Shown one piece after another: positions 52,701-64,000 of a DNA stretch of 64,000 nucleotides; the first letter of the stretch is position 1, and each line of letters opens with the position of its first letter. A model generated the notes under the pieces. It ran no database searches. It had not been told where the DNA came from and worked only from the letters and a program-made list of their open reading frames with translations. This DNA is from the human T2T-CHM13v2.0 reference genome, Homo sapiens. The DNA is taken from the NCBI RefSeq assembly GCF_009914755.1, contig NC_060948.1; one strand, 5' to 3'. The translations under genes were made by a program, and so were the position numbers.

Positions 52701-53326
52701 CTAATGCAATAAAATCGACTCAGATAGAGTAGCATGTAATGGAATGGAGTGCAGTGAAATGGAATGGAATGGAATGGAATGCAATGGAATGGAATGGAAT
52801 GGAATGGAATGGAATGGAATGGGATGGGATGGGATGGAATGGTATGGAATGGATAGTAATGGACTGGAGTGAAATGGACTGGAAAGGAATGGACTCAAAT
52901 TGAAAGGGCTCAAAAGGAATGGAGTCAAATGGAATGGTCTGGAATGGAATGAACACGAATGTAATGCAATCCAATAGAATGGAATCGAATGGCATGGAAT
53001 ATAAAGAAATGGAATCGGAGAGAATGGAAACAAATGGAATGGAATTGAATGGAATGGAATTGAATGGAATGGGAACGAATGGAGTGAAATTGTATGCAGT
53101 AGAAGGGAATAGAATGGAATGCAAGCAAAAGGAAAGGAATGGATTGGAATGGAATGGAATTCATTGGAATGGAAGGGAATGTAGTGTAATGGACAGGCCT
53201 GGAATAAAGTGGAATGCTACGGTCTCGAATGGAATAAAAATGTATGGAATGGAATGCAATGAAATGGAATCGAATGTCATAGAATGTAATGGAATGCAAC
53301 AAAATGGAATCCAATATCATTGACTG
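49774..53326 (+). repeat. DYZ1 unit 15 (3,553 bp)
   Basis: Extra EcoRI site at 49864, 1-bp deletion at ~50905, 15-bp deletion at ~52440. Confidence 0.9.
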
Positions 53327-56300
53327 GAAAGGCTGGGTGTCGAAAGGAATTGACTCCAATGGAATGGAATCGAATGGAATGGAAGTGAATAGAATCGAAC
53401 TAAATCGAATGGAATGGAATTGATAGGAACGGAATGGAAAGGAATGCAATGATTTGGCATGGAATGGAATCGAATGGCATCGAATGGAATGGAATGGAAT
53501 GCAATGGAATGGAATGTATTAGAATGTAATGAACTTTAATGGAATGTACTCGAATGGATTCGACTGGAATGGAATGTTCTGGAAGTGAATGGACTCCAAT
53601 GGAATGGATTCAAAAGGAATGGAATCGTACGGAATGGAATCTAATGGAATGGAATTAAATGGAAATGAATCAAATTGAATAGCACGGAATTGAATTGAAT
53701 GGAATGGAATGCAATGGAATCTAATGAAACGGAAAGGAAAGGAATGGAATGGAATGGAATGGGCTGGAATGGAAAGGAATCGAAACGAATGGAATGGAAT
53801 CGAACTGAAGAGACTGGAATGGAATGCACTGGAATGGAAGGGAGTGTAATGGAAGGTTCTCGAAAAAAATGGAATCGAATGGAATGGAATTGAATGGAAC
53901 GGAATAGAGTCGAATGGAATTGAATGGAATGGAATGGACTAGAGTGAAATGGAATCGAACCACAAGGAATGGACAGGAATAGAATGGTCTCGAATTGAAT
54001 GGAATCGTATGGAATGGCATCAAACGGAATGGAATGGACAGCCACGGAATGGAATGCACTCGAATGCAATGGAGTCGAAACTAATGGACTGGAATAGAAT
54101 GGACTCGACTGGTACGGACTCCAATGGAATGGAATCGAATGGAAGGGAATCGAACGGAATGGACTCGAAGGGAAAAGACTGCAATGGAAAGGTCTCGAAT
54201 GGAATGGAAATTAATGGAATGGAATGGAATCGAATGAAATGGAGTCAAAAGGAATGGAATCGAATGGCAAGAAATCGAATGTAATGGAATCGCAAGGAAT
54301 TGATGTGAACGGAACGGAATGGAATGGAATCCAAAGGAATGGAATAGAATGGAATGGAATCGAATGGAAAGGACTCGAATGGCAATCACTCGAATAGAAT
54401 GCAATTTAATAAAATAGGATCAAATGTAATGGAATGGAATGGAAAGGAATCGAAACGAAAGGAATGGAGACAGATGGAATGGAATGGAACAGAGAGCAAT
54501 GGTATAGAATGGAATGGAATCATCTGGAATGGAATTGAATGGAATGGAATAATATGAAATGGAATGGAATGGAATGGAATGGAATGCCCTTGAATTAAAT
54601 GGACTGGAATGGAATGGACTCGAACAGAGTGGAATGGAAAGTGTTGAGATAGAATGGAATGGACTCCTTTGGAATGGTCTAGTATGCAATGCAATCGACT
54701 GGCAGGGAATCAAAAGGAATGTAATCGAATGGATTGGACTGGAATGCAATGGACTCGAATAGATTGGAAACGGGATGCAAAGGAATGGAATGGAATAGTA
54801 TGGAATGGAATGGAAAGGAATGGAGTGGAATAGACTAGAGTGGAATGGAATGGACTGGAAAGCAATGGACTGGAATGGAACTTTCTTGAATGGACTGGAA
54901 TCAAACGGAATGGGATGCAATGCAATCAAATGGCATGGAATAAAATAGAATGAAAGAGAATCAAATGGAATTGAATCGAATGGAATCGAATGGATTGGAA
55001 AGGAATAGAATGGAATGGAATGGAATGGACTCAAATGGAATGGACTAGAATGGAATGGATTCGAATGGAAGGCAAAGGAATGGAATCTATTGGAATGGAC
55101 TGTAATGGAATGGAATGGAAGGGATTGGAATGGACTCAAATAGAATGGACTGCAATAGAAAGGATTCGAATGGAATGAAAAAGAATTGAATGGAATAGAA
55201 CAGAATGGAATCAAATCGAATGAAATGGAATGGAATAGAAAGGAATGGAATGAAATGGAATGGAAAGGATTCGAATGGAATGCAATCGAATGGAATGGAA
55301 TCGAACGGAATGGAATAAAATGGAAGAAAACTGGCAAGAAATGGAATCGAAATGAATGGAGTGTTATGGAACGGACTCAAAAGGAATTGAATGTAATAGA
55401 ATGGAGTGGAGTGGACTCGAATATAATGGACTGGAATGGAATGAAATCACATGGAATGGGAACGAATGGAATGGAATGGAAAGGAATGGAATCGAATGGA
55501 AAGGAATCGAATGGAAGGGAATGAAATTGAATCAACAGGAATGGAAGGGAATAGAATAGACGGTAATGGAATGGACTCGAATAGAATGGACACGAATGCT
55601 CAAATTGAATGGACTCGAATGGAATGGAAACGAAAGGAATGTCATCGAATGGAATTGAATCGATTGCAATGAAATCGCATAGAATGGAGTGGAATCAAAT
55701 GGAATTGAATCGAAAGGAAAGGAAGCGAATGGACTGAAATGAAATGGAATGGAATTGAATGGAAAGTAATGCAATGGAATAGAATGGAACGAAATTTCAC
55801 GGAATGGAATCAAACTGAATGGAATCAAATCAATGGAATCTAATCAAATGGAATGGAAAGGAATTGAATGGAGTAGATTGGATTGGATGGGATTGGAATG
55901 AAATGTACTGGAAAGGACTCGAATTTCATGAAACGGAATGGAATGAATTGGAACGGAATGGACTCGAATGGAATGGAATGTCATGGAATGCCATCAAATG
56001 GAATGGCATCAAATGGAATGGAATCGAATGCAATGGAATGCTATGGAATGGAATGGAATGCATTGGAATGGAATGTCCTCTAATGGAATGTATTCGAGTG
56101 GAATGGAATCGAATATAATGGAGTCGAATGAAATGGAATTGAAAGGAATGGGATCGAATACAATGGAATATACTGGAATGTAATGTAATGAACTCGAATG
56201 TAATTGACTGGAATGGAATGTACATGAATGGAAGGTAATCGAATGGAAAGTAATCCAATGGAATAGAATCTAATGCAATAAAACCGACTCAGATAGTGTA

Positions 56301-56900
56301 GAATGTAATGGAATGGAGTGCAGTGCAATGGAATGGAATGGAATTGAATGCAATGGAATGGAATGGAATGGAATGGAATGGAATGGAATGGAATGGAAAG
56401 GAATGGGATGGAATGGTATGGAATGGATAGTAATGGACTGGAGTGAAATGGACTGGAAAGGAATGGACTCAAATTGAAAGGGCTCGAAAGGAATGGAGTC
56501 AAATGGAATGGTCTGGAATGGAATGAACACGAATGTAATGCAATCCAATAGAATGGAATCGAATGGCATGGAATATAAAGAAATGGATTCGAAGAGAATG
56601 GAAACAAATGGAATGGAATTGAATGGAATGGAATTGAATGGAATGGGAACGAATGGAGTGAAACTGTATGCAGTAGAAGGGAATAGAAAGGAATGCAAGC
56701 GAAAGGAAAGGAATGGATTGTAATGGAATGGAATTCATTGGAATGGAAGGGAATGTAGTGTAATGGACAGGCCTGGAATAAAGTGGAATGCTACGGTCTC
56801 GAATGGAATAAAAATGTATGGAATGGAATGCAATGAAATGGAATCGAATGTCATAGAATGTAATGGAATGCAACAAAATGGAATCCAATATCATTGACTG
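53327..56900 (+). repeat. DYZ1 unit 16 (3,574 bp; X type)
   Basis: GAACTTTAAT / TTCAAAAGG / TCGTACGG start; AACGGGATGC and ATCTAATCAA markers. Confidence 0.9.
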
Positions 56901-59900
56901 GAAAGGCTGGGTGTCGAAAGGAATTGACTCCAATGGAATGGAATCGAATGGAATGGAAGTGAATAGAATCGAACTAAATCGAATGGAATGGAATTGATAG
57001 GAACGGAATGGAAAGGAATGCAATGATTTGGCATGGAATGGAATCGAATGGCATCGAATGGAATGGAATGGAATGCAATGGAATGGAATATATTAGAATG
57101 AAATGAACTTTAATGGAATGTACTCGAATGGATTCGACTGGAATGGAATGTTCTGGAAGTGAATGGACTCCAATGGAATGGATTCAAAAGGAATGGAATC
57201 GTACGGAATGGAATCTAATGGAATGGAATTAAATGGAAATGAATCAAATTGAATAGCACGGAATTGAATTGAATGGAATGGAATGCAATGGAATCTAATG
57301 AAACGGAAAGGAAAGGAAGGGAATGGAATGGAATGGGCTGGAATGGAAAGGAATCGAAACGAATGGAATGGAATCGAACTGAAGAGACTGGAATGGAATG
57401 CACTGGAATGGAAGGGAGTGTAATGGAAGGTTCTCGAAAAAAATGGAATCGAATGGAATGGAATTGAATGGAACGGAATAGAGTCGAATGGAATTGAATG
57501 GAATGGAATGGACTAGAGTGAAATGGAATCGAACCACAAGGAATGGAGAGGAATAGAATGGTCTCGAATTGAATGGAATCGTATGGAATGGCATCAAACG
57601 GAATGGAATGGACAGCCACGGAATGGAATGCACTCGAATGCAATGGAGTCGAAACTAATGGACTGGAATAGAATGGACTCGACTGGTACGGACTCCAATG
57701 GAATGGAATCGAATGGAAGGGAATCGAATGGAATGGACTCGAAGGGAAAAGACTGCAATGGAAAGGTCTCGAATGGAATGGAAATTAATGGAATGGAATG
57801 GAATCGAATGAAATGGAGTCAAAAGGAATGGAATCGAATGGCAAGAAATCGAATGTAATGGAATCGCAAGGAATTGATGTGAACGGAACGGAATGGAATG
57901 GAATCCAAAGGAATGGAATAGAATGGAATGGAATCGAATGGAAAGGACTCGAATGGAAATCACTCGAATAGAATGCAATTTAATAAAATAGGATCAAATG
58001 TAATGGAATGGAATGGAAAGGAATCGAAACGAAAGGAATGGAGACAGATGGATTGGAATAGAACAGAGAGCAATGGTATAGAATGGAATGGAATCATCTG
58101 GAATGGAATTGAATGGAATGGAATAATATGAAATGGAATGGAATGGAATGGAATGGAATGCCCTTGAATTAAATGGACTGGAATGGAATGGACTCGAACA
58201 GAGTGGAATGGAAAGTGTTGAGATAGAATGGAATGGACTCCTTTGGAATGGTCTAGTACGCAATGCAATCGACTGGCAGGGAATCAAAAGGAATGTAATC
58301 GAATGGATTGGACTGGAATGCAATGGACTCGAATAGATTGCAAACGGGATGCAAAGGAATGGAATGGAATAGTATGGAATGGAATGGAAAGGAATGGAGT
58401 GGAATAGACTAGAGTGGAATGGAATGGACTGGAAAGCAATGGACTGGAATGGAACTTTCTTGAATGGACTGGAATCAAACGGAATGGAATGCAATGCAAT
58501 CAAATGGCATGGAATAAAATAGAATGAAAGAGAATCAAATGGAATTGAATCGAATGGAATCGAATGGATTGGAAAGGAATAGAATGGAATGGAATGGAAT
58601 GGACTCAAATGGAATGGACTAGAATGGAATGGATTCGAATGGAAGGCAAAGGAATGGAATCTATTGGAATGGACTGTAATGGAATGGAATGGAAGGGATT
58701 CGAATGGACTCGAATGGAATGGACTGCAATAGAAAGGGTTCGAATGGAATGAAAAAGAATTGAATGGAATAGAACAGAATGGAATCAAATCGAATGAAAT
58801 GGAATGGAATAGAAAGGAATGGAATGAAATGGAATGGAAAGGATTCGAATGGAATGCAATCGAATGGAATGGAATCGAACGGAATGGAATAAAATGGAAG
58901 AAAACTGGCAAGAAATGGAATCGAAATGAATGGAGTGTTATGGAACGGACTCAAAAGGAATTGAATGTAATAGAATGGAGTGGAGTGGACTCGAATATAA
59001 TGGACTGGAATGGAATGAAATCACATGGAATGGGAACGAATGGAATGGAATGGAAAGGAATGGAATCGAATGGAAAGGAATCGAATGGAAGGGAATGAAA
59101 TTGAATCAACAGGAATGGAAGGGAATAGAATAGACGGTAATGGAATGGACTCGAATAGAATGGACACGAATGCTCAAATTAAATGGACTCGAATGGAATG
59201 GAAACGAAAGGAATGTCATCGAATGGAATTGAATCGATTGGAATGAAATCGCATAGAATGGAGTGGAATCAAATGGAATTGAATCGAAAGGAAAGGAAGC
59301 GAATGGACTGAAATGAAATGGAATGGAATTGAATGGAAAGTAATGCAATGGAATAGAATGGAACGAAATTTCACGGAATGGAATCAAACTGAATGGAATC
59401 AAATCAATGGAATCTAATCAAATGGAATGGAAAGGAATTGAATGGAGTAGATTGGATTGGATGGGATTGGAATGAAATGTACTGGAAAGGACTCGAATTT
59501 CATGAAACGGAATGGAATGAATTGGAACGGAATGGACTCGAATGGAATGGAATGTCATGGAATGGCATCAAATGGAATGGCATCAAATGGAATGGAATCG
59601 AATGCAATGGAATGCTATGGAATGGAATGGAATGCATTGGAATGGAATGTCCTCTAATGGAATGGATTCGAGTGGAATGGAATCGAATATAATGGAGTCG
59701 AACGAAATGGAATTGAAAGGAATGGGATCGAATACAATGGAATATACTGGAATGTAATGTAATGAACTCGAATGTAATTGACTGGAATGGAAGGTATATG
59801 AATGGAATGTAATCGAATGGAAAGTAATCCAATGGAATAGAATCTAATGCAATAAAATCGACTCAGATAGAGTAGCATGTAATGGAATGGAGTGCAGTGC

Positions 59901-60468
59901 AATGGAACGGAATGGAATGGAATGCAATGGAATGGAATGGAATGGAATGGAATGGAATGGAATGGAATGGGATGGGATGGAATGGTATGGAATGGATAGT
60001 AATGGACTGGAGTGAAATGGACTGGAAAGAATGGACTCAAATTGAAAGGGCTCGAAAGGAATGGAGTCAAATGGAATGGTCTGGAATGGAATGAACACGA
60101 ATGTAATGCAATCCAATAGAATGGAATCGAATGGCATGGAATATAAAGAAATGGAATCGGAGAGAATGGAAACAAATGGAATGGAATTGAATGGAATGGA
60201 ATTGAATGGAATGGGAACGAATGGAGTGAAATTGTATGCAGTAGAAGGGAATAGAATGGAATGCAAGCAAAAGGAAAGGAATGGATTGGAATGGAATGGA
60301 ATTCATTGGAATGGAAGGGAATGTAGTGTAATGGACAGGCCTGGAATAAAGTGCAATGCTACGGTCTCGAATGGAATAAAAATGTATGGAATGGAATGCA
60401 ATGAAATGGAATCGAATGTCATAGAATGTAATGGAATGCAACAAAATGGAATCCAATATCATTGACTG
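56901..60468 (+). repeat. DYZ1 unit 17 (3,568 bp; X type)
   Basis: X markers; 1-bp deletion at ~60029. Confidence 0.9.
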
Positions 60469-63400
60469 GAAAGGCTGGGTGTCGAGAGGAATTGACTCCA
60501 ATGGAATGGAATCGAATGGAATGGAAGTGAATAGAATCGAACTAAATTGAATGGAATGGAATTGATAGGAACGGAATGGAAAGGAATGCAATGATTTGGC
60601 ATGGAATGGAATCGAATGGCATCGAATGGAATGGAATGGAATGCAATGGAATGGAATGTATTAGAATGGAATGAACTTTAATGGAATGTACTCGAATGGA
60701 TTCGACTGGAATGGAATGTTCTGGAAGTGAATGGACTCCAATGGAATGGATTCAAAAGGAATGGAATCGTACGGAACGGAATCTAATGGAATGGAATTAA
60801 ATGGAAATGAATCAAATTGAATAGCACGGAATTGAATTGAATGGAATGGAATGCAATGGAATCTAATGAAACGGAAAGGAAAGGAATGGAATGGAATGGA
60901 ATGGGCTGGAATGGAAAGGAATCGAAACGAATGGAATGGAATCGAACTGAAGAGACTGGAATGGAATGCACTGGAATGGAAGGGAGTGTAATGGAAGGTT
61001 CTCGAAAAAAATGGAATCGAATGGAATGGAATTGAATGGAACGGAATAGAGTCGAATGGAATTGAATGGAATGGAATGGACTAGAGTGAAATGGAATCGA
61101 ACCACAAGGAATGGACATGAATAGAATGGTCTCGAATTGAATGGAATCGTATGGAATGGCATCAAACGGAATGGAATGGACAGCCACGGAATGGAATGCA
61201 CTCGAATGCAATGGAGTCGAAACTAATGGACTGGAATAGAATGGACTCGACTGGTACGGACTCCAATGGAATGGAATCGAATGGAAGGGAATCGAACGGA
61301 ATGGACTCGAAGGGAAAAGACTGCAATGGAAAGGTCTCGAATGGAATGGAAATTAATGGAATGGAATGGAATCGAATGAAATGGAGTCAAAAGGAATGGA
61401 ATCGAATGGCAAGAAATCGAATGTAATGGAATCGCAAGGAATTGATGTGAACGGAACGGAATGGAATGGAATCCAAAGGAATGGAATAGAATGGAATGGA
61501 ATCGAATGGAAAGGACTCGAATGGCAATCACTCGAATAGAATGCAATTTAATAAAATAGGATCAAATGTAATGGAATGGAATGGAAAGGAATCGAAACGA
61601 AAGGAATGGAGACAGATGGAATGGAATGGAACAGAGAGCAATGGTATAGAATGGAATGGAATCATCTGGAATGGAATTGAATGGAATGGAATAATATGAA
61701 ATGGAATGGAATGGAATGGAATGGAATGCCCTTGAATTAAATGGACTGGAATGGAATGGACTCGAACAGAGTGGAATGGAAAGTGTTGAGATAGAATGGA
61801 ATGGACTCCTCTGGAATGGTCTAGTATGCAATGCAATCGACTGGCAGGGAATCAAAAGGAATGTAATCGAATGGATTGGACTGGAATGCAATGGACTCGA
61901 ATAGATTGGAAACGGGATGCAAAGGAATGGAATGGAATAGTATGGAATGGAATGGAAAGGAATGGAGTGGAATAGACTAGAGTGGAATGGAATGGACTGG
62001 AAAGCAATGGACTGGAATGGAACTTTCTTGAATGGACTGGAATCAAACGGAATGGAATGCAATGCAATCAAATGGCATGGAATAAAATAGAATGAAAGAG
62101 AATCAAATGGAATTGAATCGAATGGAATCGAATGGATTGGAAAGGAATAGAATGGAATGGAATGGAATGGACTCAAATGGAATGGACTAGAATGGAATGG
62201 ATTCGAATGGAAGGCAAAGGAATGGAATCTATTGGAATGGACTGTAATGGAATGGAATGGAAGGGATTGGAATGGACTCGAATGGAATGGACTGCAATAG
62301 AAAGGATTCGAATGGAATGAAAAAGAATTGAATGGAATAGAACAGAATGGAATCAAATCGAATGAAATGGAATGGAATAGAAAGGAATGGAATGAAATGG
62401 AATGGAAAGGATTCGAATGGAATGCAATCGAATGGAATGGAATCGAACGGAATGGAATAAAATGGAAGAAAACTGGCAAGAAATGGAATCGAAATGAATG
62501 GAGTGTTATGGAACGGACTCAAAAGGAATTGAATGTAATAGAATGGAGTGGAGTGGACTCGAATATAATGGACTGGAATGGAATGAAATCACATGGAATG
62601 GGAACGAATGGAATGGAATGGAAAGGAATGGAATCGAATGGAAAGGAATCGAATGGAAGGGAATGAAATTGAATCAACAGGAATGGAAGGGAATAGAATA
62701 GACGGTAATGGAATGGACTCGAATTGAATGGACACGAATGCTCAAATTGAATGGACTCGAATGGAATGGAAACGAAAGGAATGTCATCGAATGGAATTGA
62801 ATCGATTGGAATGAAATCGCATAGAATGGAGTGGAATCAAATGGAATTGAATCGAAAGGAAAGGAAGCAAATGGACTGAAATGAAATGGAATGGAATTGA
62901 ATGGAAAGTAATGCAATGGAATAGAATGGAACGAAATTTCACGGAATGGAATCAAACTGAATGGAATCAAATCACTGGAATCTAATCAAATGGAATGGAA
63001 AGGAATTGAATGGAGTACATTGGATTGGATGGGATTGGAATGAAATGTACTGGAAAGGACTCGAATTTCATGAAACGGAATGGAATGAATTGGAACGGAA
63101 TGGACTCGAATGGAATGGAATGTCATGGAATGGCATCAAATGGAATGGCATCAAATGGAATGGAATCGAATGCAATGGAATGCTATGGAATGGAATGGAA
63201 TGCATTGGAATGGAATGTCCTCTAATGGAATGGATTCGAGTGGAATGGAATCGAATATAATGGAGTCGAATGAAATGGAATTGAAAGGAATGGGATCGAA
63301 TACAATGGAATATACTGGAATGTAATGTAATGAACTAAAATGTAATTGACTGGAATGGAATGTACATGAATGGAATGTAATCGAATGGAAAGTAATCCAA

Positions 63401-64000
63401 TGGAATAGAATCTAATGCAATAAAATCGACTCAGATAGAGTAGAATGTAATGGAATGGAGTGCAGTGCAATGGAATGGAATGGAATGGAATGGAATGGAA
63501 TGGAATGGAATGGGATGGAATGGTATGGAATGGACAGTAATGGACTGGAGTGAAATGGACTGGAAAGGAATGGACTCAAATTGAAAGGGCTCGAAAGGAA
63601 TAGAGACAAATGGAATGGTCTGGAATGGAATGAACACGAATGTAATGCAATCCAATAGAATGGAGTCGAATGGCATGGAATATAAAGAAATGGAATCGAA
63701 GAGAATGGAAACAAATGGAATGGAATTGAACGGAATGGAATTGAATGGAATGGGAACGAATGGAGTGAAATTGTATGCAGTAGAAGAGAATAGAATGGAA
63801 TGCAAGCGAAAGGAAAGGAATGGATTGGAATGGAATGGAATTCATTGGAATGGAAGGGAATGTAGTGTAATGGACAGGCCTGGAATAAAGTGGAATGCTA
63901 CGGTCTCGAATGGAATAAAAATGTATGGAATGGAATGCAATGAAACGGAATCGAATGTCATAGAATGTAATGGAATGCAAAAAAATGGAATCCAAAATCA
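60469..64000 (+). repeat. DYZ1 unit 18 (truncated by window edge; predicted 3,539 bp; X type)
   Basis: Ends ...TCCAAAATCA, 7 bp short of the next anchor; 8 uninterrupted GGAAT at 63472-63511. Confidence 0.9.

Larger units (their letters stand above)
1..64000 (+). repeat. DYZ1: Human satellite 3 (HSat3) DYZ1 array, Yq12 heterochromatin; degenerate (GGAAT)n in ~3.56-kb tandem units, G-rich strand on +
   Basis: Seen: GGAAT pentamer and variants (CGAAT, GGACT, TGAAT, GCAAT) throughout. The anchor GAAAGGCTGG recurs at 1, 3585, 7108, 10672, 14231, 17759, 21323, 24882, 28415, 31979, 35538, 39082, 42641, 46200, 49774, 53327, 56901 and 60469. There is one conserved GGCC (3454) and one conserved GAATTC (3415) per unit. 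Established: the DYZ1 monomer is the ~3.56-kb (3,564 bp) male-specific HaeIII/EcoRI repeat. Confidence 0.96.

Noticed and set aside
52821-52837. (GGGAT)3 run as a G-quadruplex
   Set aside because: It has only three GGG tracts and is best seen as slippage of the GGGAT variant pentamer.
55836-55846. GAATCTAATCA in units 16-18 resembling the DUX4 motif TAAYYYAATCA
   Set aside because: The mismatch is at the first T of the homeodomain core, and near-matches are expected in AATC-rich satellite.
315-63995. Hundreds of ORFs of 60-317 aa (MEWNG-repeat on +, FHSIP-repeat on -)
   Set aside because: (GGAAT)n and (ATTCC)n contain no stop codon in any frame and translate to these pentapeptides. The ORFs overlap in all frames and change length with single variants, and many start at alternative codons. 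There is no domain or splice evidence.
1-64000. CRISPR-like or microbial repeat-protein system
   Set aside because: There are no unique spacers, cas genes or non-repetitive sequence; the content is fully explained by HSat3/DYZ1.
1-64000. HSat2, chromosome 9 or acrocentric HSat3, or DYZ2/Alu interruption
   Set aside because: The HSat2 CATTCGATTC-dominated pattern is absent, and the period is 3.56 kb with DYZ1 landmarks. I saw no AT-rich or Alu-containing DYZ2 segment, transposon insertion or strand inversion.

Overview
The whole 64 kb window is one uninterrupted, single-orientation block of (GGAAT)n human satellite 3. It is organised as 18 tandem ~3.56-kb units, the last truncated by about 7 bp at the window edge. 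Unit size (three units are exactly 3,564 bp), one conserved HaeIII and one conserved EcoRI site per unit, and matches to the classic DYZ1 sexing primers (recalled from memory) identify it as DYZ1 from Yq12 heterochromatin, shown on the G-rich strand. I see no genes, RNA genes, transposons, DYZ2 blocks or inversions, and all ORFs are pentamer artefacts. The interest lies in two layers. (1) Regulatory: each unit carries three in-register GAA->TTC pentamer variants that make perfect nGAAnnTTCnnGAAn heat-shock elements (48 intact by my reading, with one site lost in a six-unit lineage). (2) Evolutionary: shared variants show a ~10.65-kb three-unit higher-order repeat (~2-34.8 kb), a recent single-unit duplication (~38.6-46.4 kb), a degenerate 7.14-kb dimer (~52.7-63 kb), two interleaved subfamilies and probable conversion patches. 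Coordinates and variant calls were read by eye and need confirming by alignment. I found no evidence of a novel protein-coding system.
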